From Candidatus Moraniibacteriota bacterium (GTDB taxonomy: Bacteria > Patescibacteriota > Minisyncoccia > Moranbacterales > UBA1568): a DNA stretch of 64,000 nucleotides. Positions 48,439-56,991 of the stretch are shown one piece after another (positions within the stretch are counted from its first letter, which is position 1; each line of letters starts with the position of its first letter). The translations under genes were made by a program, and so were the position numbers. Under the pieces are notes generated by a model that was not told the DNA's origin, made no database searches, and saw nothing but the letters and a program-made list of their open reading frames with translations. The DNA lies in contig JAQTRS010000002.1 in assembly GCA_028711705.1 (NCBI GenBank), forward strand, positions 73,617 through 137,616, given 5' to 3'.

Positions 48439-49512
48439 TCAACAATCGCGCTGCATCATATAGTCCGCTACGCCGATCAGAAATTCTTGCGCCTCATTAT
48501 CGATACCCTCTAATTCTAACACAGCTTTTCGTCCTTCCGAAATATATCGCTTCGCCATAGACTGTGCGTATTCCAAAGCGCCGGACTGGCGTACCAAGAC
48601 GCGGAAGCGATCCCTATCCTCTCTTGTCAAAGCGATCCCTTTCTGAAGCAGCTGCAAGAATTCCTCCTTTTCACCGGGAGCTAACGATCGTACGGCGTGA
48701 CACACTAAAAGCGTCCACTTCCCTTCCACGATATCCGAACCCACCGGCTTACCAAGCTTTTCTTCAGATCCGAAAATACCTAAGATATCGTCTTGTATCT
48801 GAAACGCGATGCCTATCGGAATGGCATAGCGGCTCAATCCATCCAGGAGCGCATCGCTGCCGCTGCCAAAAATGGCCCCTAGCTGCAAAGGCCCTTCGAC
48901 AGTATAGCGCGCCGTCTTGTATTCATACATACGCAGAATTTCCTCTTCCGTCGCCTCCTTGGCATATTCGATATATACATCCTTCGTCTGGCCGATAACG
49001 GTGAGCGCCACGATGGACTGTAGCTTCGAAAGAGCCTTCAGGATAAGCGCCGAGTCGAAGGGCGAATCAAACAGCACCTGGTTGCCCAAAGCATACATCA
49101 TATCCCCCATGATGAGGGCTATCGAATTGCCGAAGTGATCCCCTTCCAGCTTCGGGAAGATCTTCTTTCCGATTTTCCCATAGTGGACATGCACCGTTTC
49201 CACATTATGCCGCAGGGCGTCGCGGTCGATGATATCATCATGAATGAGAAGGAAGATGTGGATGAGCTCGACGCTGAGCGCCACCTTGAGCATCCTCTCC
49301 TTCTCCTGACCGCCGGAAGCCAGGTATCCATAGTACATGAATGTCGATCGCAAACGTTTCCCGCCCGAAAGCGAGAAGGTTTTGATATATTCCAGCGCTC
49401 CCGACACGAACGTATCCTGCTTTTGCGCCTCCTCGATAACCTTATCCAGATACAGAGCCAATTCGACATCAAACTTCTGCTTATACTCCCTCAAGACCGC
49501 CTGAATATCCAT
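48439..49512 (-). CDS. polyprenyl synthetase family protein (trans-prenyltransferase, e.g. GGPP/octaprenyl synthase-like)
   Basis: The FARM motif is LLIHDDIIDRDALRH and the SARM motif is FQIQDDILGIFG. Confidence 0.75.
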   Translation of the reverse strand: MDIQAVLREYKQKFDVELALYLDKVIEEAQKQDTFVSGALEYIKTFSLSGGKRLRSTFMYYGYLASGGQEKERMLKVALSVELIHIFLLIHDDIIDRDALRHNVETVHVHYGKIGKKIFPKLEGDHFGNSIALIMGDMMYALGNQVLFDSPFDSALILKALSKLQSIVALTVIGQTKDVYIEYAKEATEEEILRMYEYKTARYTVEGPLQLGAIFGSGSDALLDGLSRYAIPIGIAFQIQDDILGIFGSEEKLGKPVGSDIVEGKWTLLVCHAVRSLAPGEKEEFLQLLQKGIALTREDRDRFRVLVRQSGALEYAQSMAKRYISEGRKAVLELEGIDNEAQEFLIGVADYMMQRDC

Positions 49513-49569
49513 AGTTCATCCACATCATTTATGCACTCCATTGTAGCATTTAAATACCAATGATACAAA

Positions 49570-49598
49570 AAGATTCCATTTTCGATGGAATCTTTTTT
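49570..49598. terminator. rho-independent terminator (bidirectional) between tRNA cluster and polyprenyl synthase gene
   Basis: AAAAGATTCCAT-TTTCG-ATGGAATCTTTTTT. Confidence 0.5.
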
Positions 49599-49603
49599 GC
49601 ATG

Positions 49604-49675
49604 TGACCTTAAGGGGAATCGAACCCCTGTTACCAGGATGAGAACCTGGCGTCCTAGCCGCTAGACGATAAGGCC
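49604..49675 (-). tRNA. tRNA-Glu (CTC)
   Basis: The reverse complement is GGCCTTATCGTCTAGCGGCTAGGACGCCAGGTTCTCATCCTGGTAACAGGGGTTCGATTCCCCTTAAGGTCA. The anticodon loop is tTCTCat. Confidence 0.75.
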
Positions 49676-49765
49676 TATAGCACTTCATTCCAATAACCGA
49701 TAACCAAAATCCAATAATCAAAAAATCACTTTGGAAATTGGAATTGGATGATTGGTTATTGGTTT

Positions 49766-49839
49766 TGGCAGGAGTGGTAGGAATCGAACCTACGCAAACG
49801 GTTTTGGAGACCGTTGTACTACCATTATACGACACTCCC
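49766..49839 (-). tRNA. tRNA-Trp (CCA)
   Basis: The reverse complement is GGGAGTGTCGTATAATGGTAGTACAACGGTCTCCAAAACCGTTTGCGTAGGTTCGATTCCTACCACTCCTGCCA. The anticodon loop is cTCCAaa and CCA is encoded. Confidence 0.85.
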
Positions 49840-49854
49840 AAAAGCAGATGAGAG

Positions 49855-49995
49855 CTACTTGCTCTCAGTATGCTTGGTATTCTTGCGGCACCACTTACAG
49901 AATTTGCTCAATTCCAGTTTCTCTTTCACCTTCTTCTTATTCCGGCTCGTGTGGTGCGTGATGTTCTTGCAATCAACACACTTCATCTTGGCCAT
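49855..49995 (-). CDS. rpmG: 50S ribosomal protein L33 (zinc-binding type)
   Basis: A hand-translated 46-aa ORF reads MAKMKCVDCKNITHHTSRNKKKVKEKLELSKFCKWCRKNTKHTESK, with C-x2-C...C-x2-C. It shows the classic rpmG-tRNA-Trp linkage. Confidence 0.8.
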   Translation of the reverse strand: MAKMKCVDCKNITHHTSRNKKKVKEKLELSKFCKWCRKNTKHTESK

Positions 49996-50050
49996 AGTAT
50001 CCTTAATCTGTCCCATACAACATATCTTAACGAATAAAACGCTTCTTTAG

Positions 50051-50150
50051 CCTTGAGCCATTGATCCCGACCAGGTCGGGATGACCTTGTCTTTCTTTAG
50101 CCTTGAGCCATTGATCCCGACCAGGTCGGGATGACCTTGTCTTTCTTTAG
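50051..50150. repeat. two perfect tandem copies of a 50-bp unit that is a degenerate copy of the tRNA-Thr(GGT) T-arm/acceptor 3' segment
   Basis: The unit CCTTGAGCCATTGATCCCGACCAGGTCGGGATGACCTTGTCTTTCTTTAG sits at 50051-50100 and again at 50101-50150. The next 16 nt (50151-50166) repeat CCTTGAGCCATTGA and continue into the genuine tRNA 3' end. A partial unit tail CTTCTTTAG precedes at 50042-50050. Confidence 0.8.
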
Positions 50151-50155
50151 CCTTG

Positions 50156-50228
50156 AGCCATTGACCGGATTCGGACCGGTGACCTCGTCCTTACCAAGGA
50201 CGTGCTCTACCAGCTGAGCTACAACGGC
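50156..50228 (-). tRNA. tRNA-Thr (GGT)
   Basis: The reverse complement is GCCGTTGTAGCTCAGCTGGTAGAGCACGTCCTTGGTAAGGACGAGGTCACCGGTCCGAATCCGGTCAATGGCT. The anticodon loop is tTGGTaa. Confidence 0.8.
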
Positions 50229-50258
50229 TTGCAACTACTACTCTTTACAACAATTTTG

Positions 50259-50342
50259 TGGGTAGGGAGGGATTCGAACCCCCGTAGGCATAAAGCCGAC
50301 AGATTTACAGTCTGCTACGATTGACCACTCCGTCACCTACCC
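50259..50342 (-). tRNA. tRNA-Tyr (GTA), long variable arm
   Basis: The reverse complement is GGGTAGGTGACGGAGTGGTCAATCGTAGCAGACTGTAAATCTGTCGGCTTTATGCCTACGGGGGTTCGAATCCCTCCCTACCCA. The anticodon loop is cTGTAaa. Confidence 0.8.
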
Positions 50343-50370
50343 ATAGCCTATTCTCTTTTCTATCTCACTG

Positions 50371-50443
50371 AGCCACCTGTCGGACTCGAACCGACGACCC
50401 ACGGTTTACAAAACCGTTGCTCTACCAGCTGAGCTAAGGTGGC
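50371..50443 (-). tRNA. tRNA-Thr (TGT)
   Basis: The reverse complement is GCCACCTTAGCTCAGCTGGTAGAGCAACGGTTTTGTAAACCGTGGGTCGTCGGTTCGAGTCCGACAGGTGGCT. The anticodon loop is tTTGTaa. Confidence 0.8.
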
Positions 50444-50509
50444 TGGAAACATTATTTCCGCGTTTTTGAAAACACAACAATAACCCCCTCTATTTATATA
50501 CCATTATTC

Positions 50510-51199
50510 TTATTTTTGTTCAAGCATTTTTTCAAGACGCCTGATTTTGATTTTCGCAAGACGATGGACGGGACTGAGCCTTAACACCTGCCTGTAACAT
50601 TCCTTGGCATCCTGCAGATTCCCCTGCTCCATATAATACTCGCCCAAGCGCTCATAGGCCTCCAAATCACGCGGGTTGGCCGCTATGCGCTCGACTAAAA
50701 TGTCCTCAAGCTGATTTTTAATCGCTGGCGAAGGTGGTTCGATGATTGCGGAAGGCTTAGCTACCGAAGGCTTCACTCTCGGTTCCGGCTGCGCCACCCG
50801 TTGACTCACCATCGGGCGGATTCTACGATCCCTCGCTTCAGGCTGCGGCGGCGCCTGCGTTTCCTCACGCCGCTGAGGGGCGGCATCTTCCGAAACAATG
50901 ACTGCCGGCTTGACGGGAGTCTTGGATTTCTTCTCCCGAATCGACTGTGTCCAGCTGTGCAAGGCATTATATGTACGCAGCGTCATCACCTTGAACCACT
51001 GCGCGAGCCGTTCCAATATATACAGCGAACCGCGTTTCAACGAATCGAAAATATGCAGATTGTAAGCGCTCTTCACTTCCGGATCGCTCAGGTGTGCCGT
51101 AATCTCCTTTTCAACGCGAGGGAACCTCCGAGAAAAGAAATACACCAAACCGACGAGCGCTGCGATGACGATAATGGGAGGCAGTGTCAAATACCACAT
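50510..51199 (-). CDS. membrane-anchored TPR-repeat protein
   Basis: An N-terminal TM (LTLPPIIVIAALVGLVYFF), a Pro/Arg-rich linker, and a C-terminal TPR-like segment (AYERLGEYYMEQGNLQDAKECYRQVLRLSP). Confidence 0.45.
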   Translation of the reverse strand: MWYLTLPPIIVIAALVGLVYFFSRRFPRVEKEITAHLSDPEVKSAYNLHIFDSLKRGSLYILERLAQWFKVMTLRTYNALHSWTQSIREKKSKTPVKPAVIVSEDAAPQRREETQAPPQPEARDRRIRPMVSQRVAQPEPRVKPSVAKPSAIIEPPSPAIKNQLEDILVERIAANPRDLEAYERLGEYYMEQGNLQDAKECYRQVLRLSPVHRLAKIKIRRLEKMLEQK

Positions 51200-51230
51200 G
51201 AGAAGTTTTTTTCAAGCTTAAGGCTTTTAT

Positions 51231-51812
51231 TTACAATTCATATCGCACGAAATCTCCCACCACGATATTCTCTCCCATCTTTCCGACCGCTTCGGCGATA
51301 AGGTCCTGCACCGTCTTGTTGGGGTCTTTCACGAAAGGCTGCGACAAAAGCGCCATATCTTCGCGGAATTTCTTTTCCTTGCCGGCCATGATGGTCTCGA
51401 ACATATTTTCAGGCTTCTTTTCGGCCTGAAGCTGCTCTATCCAAATAGCCTTCTCCTTCTCTATTACTTCGGAGGCGACATCCTCTGCGCGCAACACCTT
51501 CGGACCAAGGGCGGCGACATGCATCGCGATATCTTTCGCCAAGTCCTGGAATTCCTCGTTGCGACCCACGAATTCGGTCTCGCAGAAAAGCTTCACCATA
51601 GAACCGACTTTTTTGTTCGGGTGCAGATACATCGCGATAACGCCCTCTTTCGTCTCTCGATCGGTCTTCTTCAAGGCCTTTGCCTGACCGCGCTTTCGCA
51701 GGATATCCAACGCCTTTTCCATATCCCCGTTCGCTTCGTCAAAAGCCTTCTTGGCATCAACAACACCGGCGCCGGTCTTTTCGCGTAATTCTTTCACTAA
51801 TGCTAAACTCAT
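51231..51812 (-). CDS. tsf: elongation factor Ts (short form)
   Basis: The UBA-like start is MSLALVKELREKTGAGVVDAKKAFDEANGDMEKALDILRKRG, and the dimerisation-domain motif LFCETEFV follows. Confidence 0.9.
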   Translation of the reverse strand: MSLALVKELREKTGAGVVDAKKAFDEANGDMEKALDILRKRGQAKALKKTDRETKEGVIAMYLHPNKKVGSMVKLFCETEFVGRNEEFQDLAKDIAMHVAALGPKVLRAEDVASEVIEKEKAIWIEQLQAEKKPENMFETIMAGKEKKFREDMALLSQPFVKDPNKTVQDLIAEAVGKMGENIVVGDFVRYEL

Positions 51813-51868
51813 AGTTTTGGATTTTAACGGTTTTAAGCTTCCCTCAAAAAGATTCCAAGCATATGCGA

Positions 51869-52654
51869 CTACTTCGTGGAGACGTTCTCGGACAAAGCCT
51901 TACCGATACAGGCCAGGATCAAACGGAGTGAAGAGATAGCATCGTCGTTGGCAGGAATCGGATAGTCGATACAAGAAGGGTCCGTGTTGGTATCGACGAT
52001 ACCGGATACGGGAATATTGAGCTTACGAGCCTCCTGGACTACGATAGAGCTTTCTTTGACATCAGCGATAAACACAGCACCCGGGAGCTCGGTCATTTCT
52101 TTGATACCGCCCATGCGCTTTTCCAATTTCTCCAGTTCTTCGGTCTTTTTCGCCTGTTCGAACTTGGTGTACTTCTTGAATTCCCCGCGAGCCTGCTGCT
52201 CTTCGGATTCCTTCAAATACTTGGTTCGGCTGCGAATCACCTTGAAATTGGTGAATGTTCCGCCGATCCAGCGCTCCACGACATAAAGAGCGTTCAAACG
52301 GTGCGCCAATGACTCAATAAGGTCGTTGGCCTGCTTTTTGGTGCCGACAAACAACACTTTCTTACCGTCTTTCTGCACGGAAGCCAGGAATTTCATCGCT
52401 TCCTGGAGCTTTTCCATCGTCTTCTGCAAGTCGATGATGTTGATATTATTACGTGTCGTATAGATATACTCATCCATTTTCGGATGACGACGGGATTTCA
52501 TATGTCCAAAATGAACACCGCTTTTGAGCATCGATTCCAGGGTCATTTCCACCTTCGAGAAATCGAACTCGGCAAAATAAGTGTCGGTGTTATGCTTCGC
52601 GTTCTTCTTCGTTGCTGCCGCCTCTGGGGCGATCGCTTTCGTTTCTTCTGTCAT
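51869..52654 (-). CDS. rpsB: 30S ribosomal protein S2
   Basis: Carries LKSGVHFGH, LFVGTKKQA and IVDTNTDP. The N-terminal ~36 codons of the ORF may be a 5' over-extension, with a possible start MTLESML at ~52546. Confidence 0.9.
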   Translation of the reverse strand: MTEETKAIAPEAAATKKNAKHNTDTYFAEFDFSKVEMTLESMLKSGVHFGHMKSRRHPKMDEYIYTTRNNINIIDLQKTMEKLQEAMKFLASVQKDGKKVLFVGTKKQANDLIESLAHRLNALYVVERWIGGTFTNFKVIRSRTKYLKESEEQQARGEFKKYTKFEQAKKTEELEKLEKRMGGIKEMTELPGAVFIADVKESSIVVQEARKLNIPVSGIVDTNTDPSCIDYPIPANDDAISSLRLILACIGKALSENVSTK

Positions 52655-52924
52655 ACGTCTTATTCCTTATAAATTACGTCTATCGTTCCGCATATAAGCC
52701 TTATTTCCCAACAAAAAGCCGGGTCAGGACGGCAATGAGCGCGTTTCAAACCCCCGTAGAAAGGGGTCAGAAGCAAGCTCTGGAGCGATATGTGAATTTC
52801 TCCCAATCGGGAGATGTATGAAAAGTATAGCAAATTCATGAAGCTTGTCAATTTTCAAGACACGTGCTACACTAATTCAATCAATATGGGAATGATTTAA
52901 ATTACACATTATAATGACGCGAAT

Positions 52925-53209
52925 ATGAAATCAAGCATTCATCCAAAATACTTTGAAAAAGCGGAAATTACCTGCGCTTGCGGAGCCGTCCTTACTGTCG
53001 GATCGACCGTGGAAAAGATGAGTATTGAAATCTGCTCCAACTGCCATCCTTTCTATACCGGAAAGAAAAAGACTATCGACTCGACCGGTCGTGTTGATCG
53101 CTTCAAGAAGCTTTCCCAGAAGGCTCAGGCACTCAAAACAACCAAGCCTGCCACCTCCAAGAAGGAAAAAATCGCCGCTCGCAAAGAAAAGCAAGCTATC
53201 GAAAAATAG
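52925..53209 (+). CDS. rpmE: 50S ribosomal protein L31 (zinc-ribbon type, K-rich C-terminal extension)
   Basis: Carries MKSSIHPKY...CACGAV...[24 protein letters not shown]. Confidence 0.85.
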   Translation: MKSSIHPKYFEKAEITCACGAVLTVGSTVEKMSIEICSNCHPFYTGKKKTIDSTGRVDRFKKLSQKAQALKTTKPATSKKEKIAARKEKQAIEK

Positions 53210-53320
53210 CGTCCCTTCAAGCATACGAAAAAGTTGCCCGATGATCGTCGTTGGCAACTTTTTGTTTACAAGAAAGCATAAACTCGCTACAGTACAAGTA
53301 CTCCCTAAAAGAATATCGTT

Positions 53321-54403
53321 ATGAAAAAACTCATCGAGGATATCAAAAAAGAATACGCGGACATCACCAAGAAGCTCGAAATGACACAAACCCTTTCCGA
53401 TGCGCAGCTGATGATGAAGCTCGGCAAACGACAGTCGGAGCTCAATAACGTGCTCGGATACATCAATGCGCTCGAAAAGATCGAGGCGGACATGAAGGGT
53501 AATGCAGAAATCATCAACAGCGAAACCGATGAGGAGCTCAAAGCTATGGCCATGGAGGAAAACATGGGGCTTGTCACCGCCAAAGAAGAGACTGAACAAC
53601 TCCTCAAAAAACTCCTCCTTCCCAAGGATCCGCATGACGACAAGGATGTTATCGTGGAAATCAGAGGCGGAGCCGGCGGCGATGAGTCAGCTCTCTTTGC
53701 GGCCAGTCTGTTCCGTATGTACTCGCGCTATGCCGAAAAGGAAGGTTGGCGGATCAATATCTTGCACAGCAATCAAACCGGTATCGGCGGCTACAAGGAA
53801 ATCGTCTTCGAAATGAATAAAGGCTTCGGAGAACACAGCGTCTTCCAAAAGATGAAGTACGAGTCCGGCGTCCATCGCGTACAACGCATCCCTGAAACGG
53901 AAAAATCCGGACGCATCCACACCTCCACCGCGACCGTCGCTGTGTTGCCGCAGGCGGAAGAGGTCGATCTTGTCATCCACGAGAACGACCTGCGCATCGA
54001 CACCTACTGCTCATCCGGACCCGGAGGACAGTCGGTCAATACCACCAAGTCCGCCATCCGCATCACGCATATCCCAACCGGGCTCGTGGTAACCTGTCAG
54101 GATGAGAAGTCCCAGCACAAGAACAAGGACAAGGCGCTTCAGGTGCTCCGTTCCCGCCTCTTGCAGCAAGAAGAAGACAAGCAAAGCAAAGAACTCGGCG
54201 ATGCCCGGCGCGATCAGATCGGCACCGGCGACCGCAGCGAAAAGATCAGGACATACAACTTCCCGCAAGACCGTGTCACCGACCATCGCATCAAGCAGTC
54301 CTGGAGCAATATCCCGGGTATCCTCGACGGAAAATTCGACGACATCATCACCGCCCTCGAGGAGGAAGACATGAAACGCAAACTCGAGGCGCAGTCGAAA
54401 TAA
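53321..54403 (+). CDS. prfA: peptide chain release factor 1
   Basis: [20 protein letters not shown] is in the PxT region. [12 protein letters not shown] is the GGQ motif. Confidence 0.9.
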   Translation: MKKLIEDIKKEYADITKKLEMTQTLSDAQLMMKLGKRQSELNNVLGYINALEKIEADMKGNAEIINSETDEELKAMAMEENMGLVTAKEETEQLLKKLLLPKDPHDDKDVIVEIRGGAGGDESALFAASLFRMYSRYAEKEGWRINILHSNQTGIGGYKEIVFEMNKGFGEHSVFQKMKYESGVHRVQRIPETEKSGRIHTSTATVAVLPQAEEVDLVIHENDLRIDTYCSSGPGGQSVNTTKSAIRITHIPTGLVVTCQDEKSQHKNKDKALQVLRSRLLQQEEDKQSKELGDARRDQIGTGDRSEKIRTYNFPQDRVTDHRIKQSWSNIPGILDGKFDDIITALEEEDMKRKLEAQSK

Positions 54404-54485
54404 AAACGGTAGCGAGGCCATTGCCCGCTACCGCAGTGTGAGTTATTTTTCAACCTCCGATTCAGATTTTGAAATGAGAGCCGAT

Positions 54486-54899
54486 TCAATAGTATTGTTC
54501 TACCCTATCCAAGGATACGCTCTCATTCGAAGCCAATGTCAAAATATAAGAGGCACCGGTCCTAGGAATTTTGAAAGGGGTCCCGAGCTCGATAGTCTCA
54601 TCATAGTGCCCTCCTCCATTCAGGTATTTTCCATGCAATTTGAAAACCCCTTCGTCAGGCCGAGTGACGAGCAGATATTCCATGCCCGCATCACGCACGA
54701 ACGGATGACTTTCCAAAAGCTGCTTTCCTACACCGACGACAACGCAATCCACTGACCTATACTTCAGTACATACTTCATATCGATCATCACAACACCTCG
54801 CTTATCTTTACAAAAAAACATTCGCCATAAAAACAGCATCCTTTGAATGAATCTGCGCAACCCTACATTCAAACGATGCCCCATCTTAACGCTTTCCAC
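54486..54899 (-). CDS. hypothetical protein
   Basis: 137-aa ORF, possibly starting at the internal MIDMKY (~54788). No recognisable motif. Confidence 0.25.
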   Translation of the reverse strand: MESVKMGHRLNVGLRRFIQRMLFLWRMFFCKDKRGVVMIDMKYVLKYRSVDCVVVGVGKQLLESHPFVRDAGMEYLLVTRPDEGVFKLHGKYLNGGGHYDETIELGTPFKIPRTGASYILTLASNESVSLDRVEQYY

Positions 54900-54904
54900 A
54901 CGCT

Positions 54905-55804
54905 ATGTCAACCACCATCAAAGATATCCTCACTTCACAATCATCGGCTATCGATTCGCTCGATCGCGAGCTTATCGTCGCGCATGCCATCCAAAGGCCG
55001 CGCGAATTCGTTCTGACATATCCGGAACACCCGCTTACCGAAGAGCAATGCGCCCTGACAGAATCCCTTCTGAAGCGGCGCGCTCGGCATGAACCGCTCG
55101 CCTATCTTCTCGGGCATCGGGAGTTTTTCGGACTGGATTTTGACGTGACTCCGGATACGCTCATCCCGAGACCGGAGACGGAACTTATGATCGAAGAAAT
55201 CGTGAAACGTGAATCCGGAATCAAGATGCAGGAATCAAACGATACGAAAACCTGCATCGTCGATGTCGGAACGGGATCGGGATGCATCATCATCACGCTC
55301 GCGAAGGAACTTCTGAAAAATACGCCCGACATAATACCACCTCTTTTCTTCGGTGTCGATATCTCACCGGAAGCAATCATGGTCGCTCAAGAAAATGCTC
55401 GCGTATATGGCCTTGAAAATACCGTTCTGTTCTCGCCATCCGATCTGCTGGAAAACATTTCGGAGCAACTCCTCGATCCATCGATCGGATCGCTTATCAT
55501 CACGGCCAATCTCCCCTACCTCTCGCGTGAGATATACGAAGCATCTATGCCCGATGTACGAAACTTCGAACCCCTATCCGCCTTAGTGAGCAATGAGGAA
55601 GGATTGCAGCACTATCGAAGATTGCTGAAGCAGATACGAAGCATACTCTCAGTAAAAAAGATGCGCACGCAACTTTTCTTCGAGATCAGTCCCGAACAAA
55701 AAGACGGTATCGAAAAACTCATCGGAAACTATTTTCCACAGGCATCCCCAAGGACGCTGCGCGATCTTTCCGGAAAATACCGCCTTACCATCGTCAACAT
55801 CTAG
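54905..55804 (+). CDS. prmC: release-factor glutamine N5-methyltransferase PrmC/HemK
   Basis: VDVGTGSGCIIITLA is the SAM motif I. ITANLPY is a variant of the NPPY catalytic motif. It lies immediately downstream of prfA. Confidence 0.8.
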   Translation: MSTTIKDILTSQSSAIDSLDRELIVAHAIQRPREFVLTYPEHPLTEEQCALTESLLKRRARHEPLAYLLGHREFFGLDFDVTPDTLIPRPETELMIEEIVKRESGIKMQESNDTKTCIVDVGTGSGCIIITLAKELLKNTPDIIPPLFFGVDISPEAIMVAQENARVYGLENTVLFSPSDLLENISEQLLDPSIGSLIITANLPYLSREIYEASMPDVRNFEPLSALVSNEEGLQHYRRLLKQIRSILSVKKMRTQLFFEISPEQKDGIEKLIGNYFPQASPRTLRDLSGKYRLTIVNI

Positions 55805-56008
55805 CCGGACATACATTCAATGGTTCGAGTGCAGCTCTCTGAGCGTAAGCGAGGAGTGAAATAGTCCCAATGGCTATCGGGATGTCGAGCACCGGAGCTT
55901 ACAACAACGACACGTACCGAACCATTGAACGTAGATACAACAAAGCCGCCTCATTGGGCGGCTTTGTTGTATCTACGTTTCAGAAGCAAGATTAAAAATC
56001 AATCTTGA

Positions 56009-56203
56009 TTATTTTTTCTTGGAAGTCTTCTTCACGGCCTTCTTGGCTACCTTCTTCACAGCCTTCTTGGCTACTTTTTTCACAGCCTTCTTCACGGCCT
56101 TCTTGGCTACTTTCTTCACAGCCTTCTTAGGTGCTACTTTTTTCACAGCCTTTTTCACCGCTTTCTTCACAGCCTTCTTGGCTACTTTTTTCTTTGCTGC
56201 CAT
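56009..56203 (-). CDS. histone H1-like basic repeat protein (KKAVKKVA tandem repeats)
   Basis: The product MAAKKKVAKKAVKKAVKKAVKKVAPKKAVKKVAKKAVKKAVKKVAKKAVKKVAKKAVKKTSKKK is encoded by 12/24-nt tandem DNA repeats. Confidence 0.5.
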   Translation of the reverse strand: MAAKKKVAKKAVKKAVKKAVKKVAPKKAVKKVAKKAVKKAVKKVAKKAVKKVAKKAVKKTSKKK

Positions 56204-56816
56204 ATGTGTCACCTCCTTTCTTATTTTTATTTTTATTTAACGTGGGAAAATTCTATAACACGTATTCCGAAAACGATTTCCGAAATTTTCTTTCACGCGA
56301 TTACAGTATAATTTATTTCTTTGCATCTTGCAAAAATATTTCATCGCGAGTACATTCATTATACATGAAAAAAATCTTTTTAAAAATATTCTGTCAAGCG
56401 ATGACGTGTAAAAAATTCACAACGCTTCTTGCACACGAAGTATCATCGCAGAAAAAATATATCACCGGCTCTTTGGAGCATAAACCTACATTCATTCGAA
56501 GCGCTGACAAACAGCTATCTTCTACTACGAAAATTCATCGTTTCTTTTTTCATAAAAATTATTTTCTCTCACATGGGGAAAAATTTTATTTTCCATTCTT
56601 CCTCCTTACATCTCTTCTGAAAAATATACAGCGAACTATTTTCACACGACGCGTGCAAAAACATCATCCATCGATCCGATGAGAACCCTTCCATCTTTCA
56701 CGTGATTTTCGTCCATATTTTTTGACACTCCCGGCCGCCTTTCGATCGAAAAAATACGCGGTATCGGCACGCGGATTTTGGCTGTGATTACGATACAAAA
56801 CACATTTTTTGTCGAG

Positions 56817-56845
56817 TTGACGCCAAAAAACGTAACGGATACAAT
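56817..56845 (+). promoter_or_regulatory. sigma70-like promoter candidate with ~140-nt leader upstream of the 56992 gene
   Basis: TTGACG (56817-56822), a 17-nt spacer, and TACAAT (56840-56845). Confidence 0.35.
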
Positions 56846-56991
56846 ACTAGGTAGTTGGGGGTCGATACTGCTCACCCACATTTTGCCGCAAGCTTACAAG
56901 GCTTTTGGCGAAATGAGGATAAGGCACGGCTTCAACGCAAGCTACGCTGCATCACTGATAAAAATATATTCTAGGAAGGAAGGTGAATTCT

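Noticed and set aside
50043-50166. Possible CRISPR array at the 50-bp tandem repeats
   Set aside because: There are only two directly abutting identical units with no intervening unique spacers and no cas genes. The units are tRNA-derived, so this is not CRISPR.
52931-53635. 234-aa minus-strand ORF antisense to rpmE and the start of prfA
   Set aside because: It overlaps two confidently identified plus-strand genes. The translation is Leu/Phe-rich with no motif.
56020-56200. Possible CRISPR or minisatellite at the 12/24-nt repeats
   Set aside because: The repeats are in-frame coding repeats of a KKAV-rich ORF. There is no spacer structure.
56131-56682. 183-aa plus-strand ORF in the AT-rich tract
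   Set aside because: It starts antisense to the KKAV-repeat gene. Its translation is low-complexity (F/L/S-rich), lacks an RBS and has no conserved features. I treat the region as non-coding.
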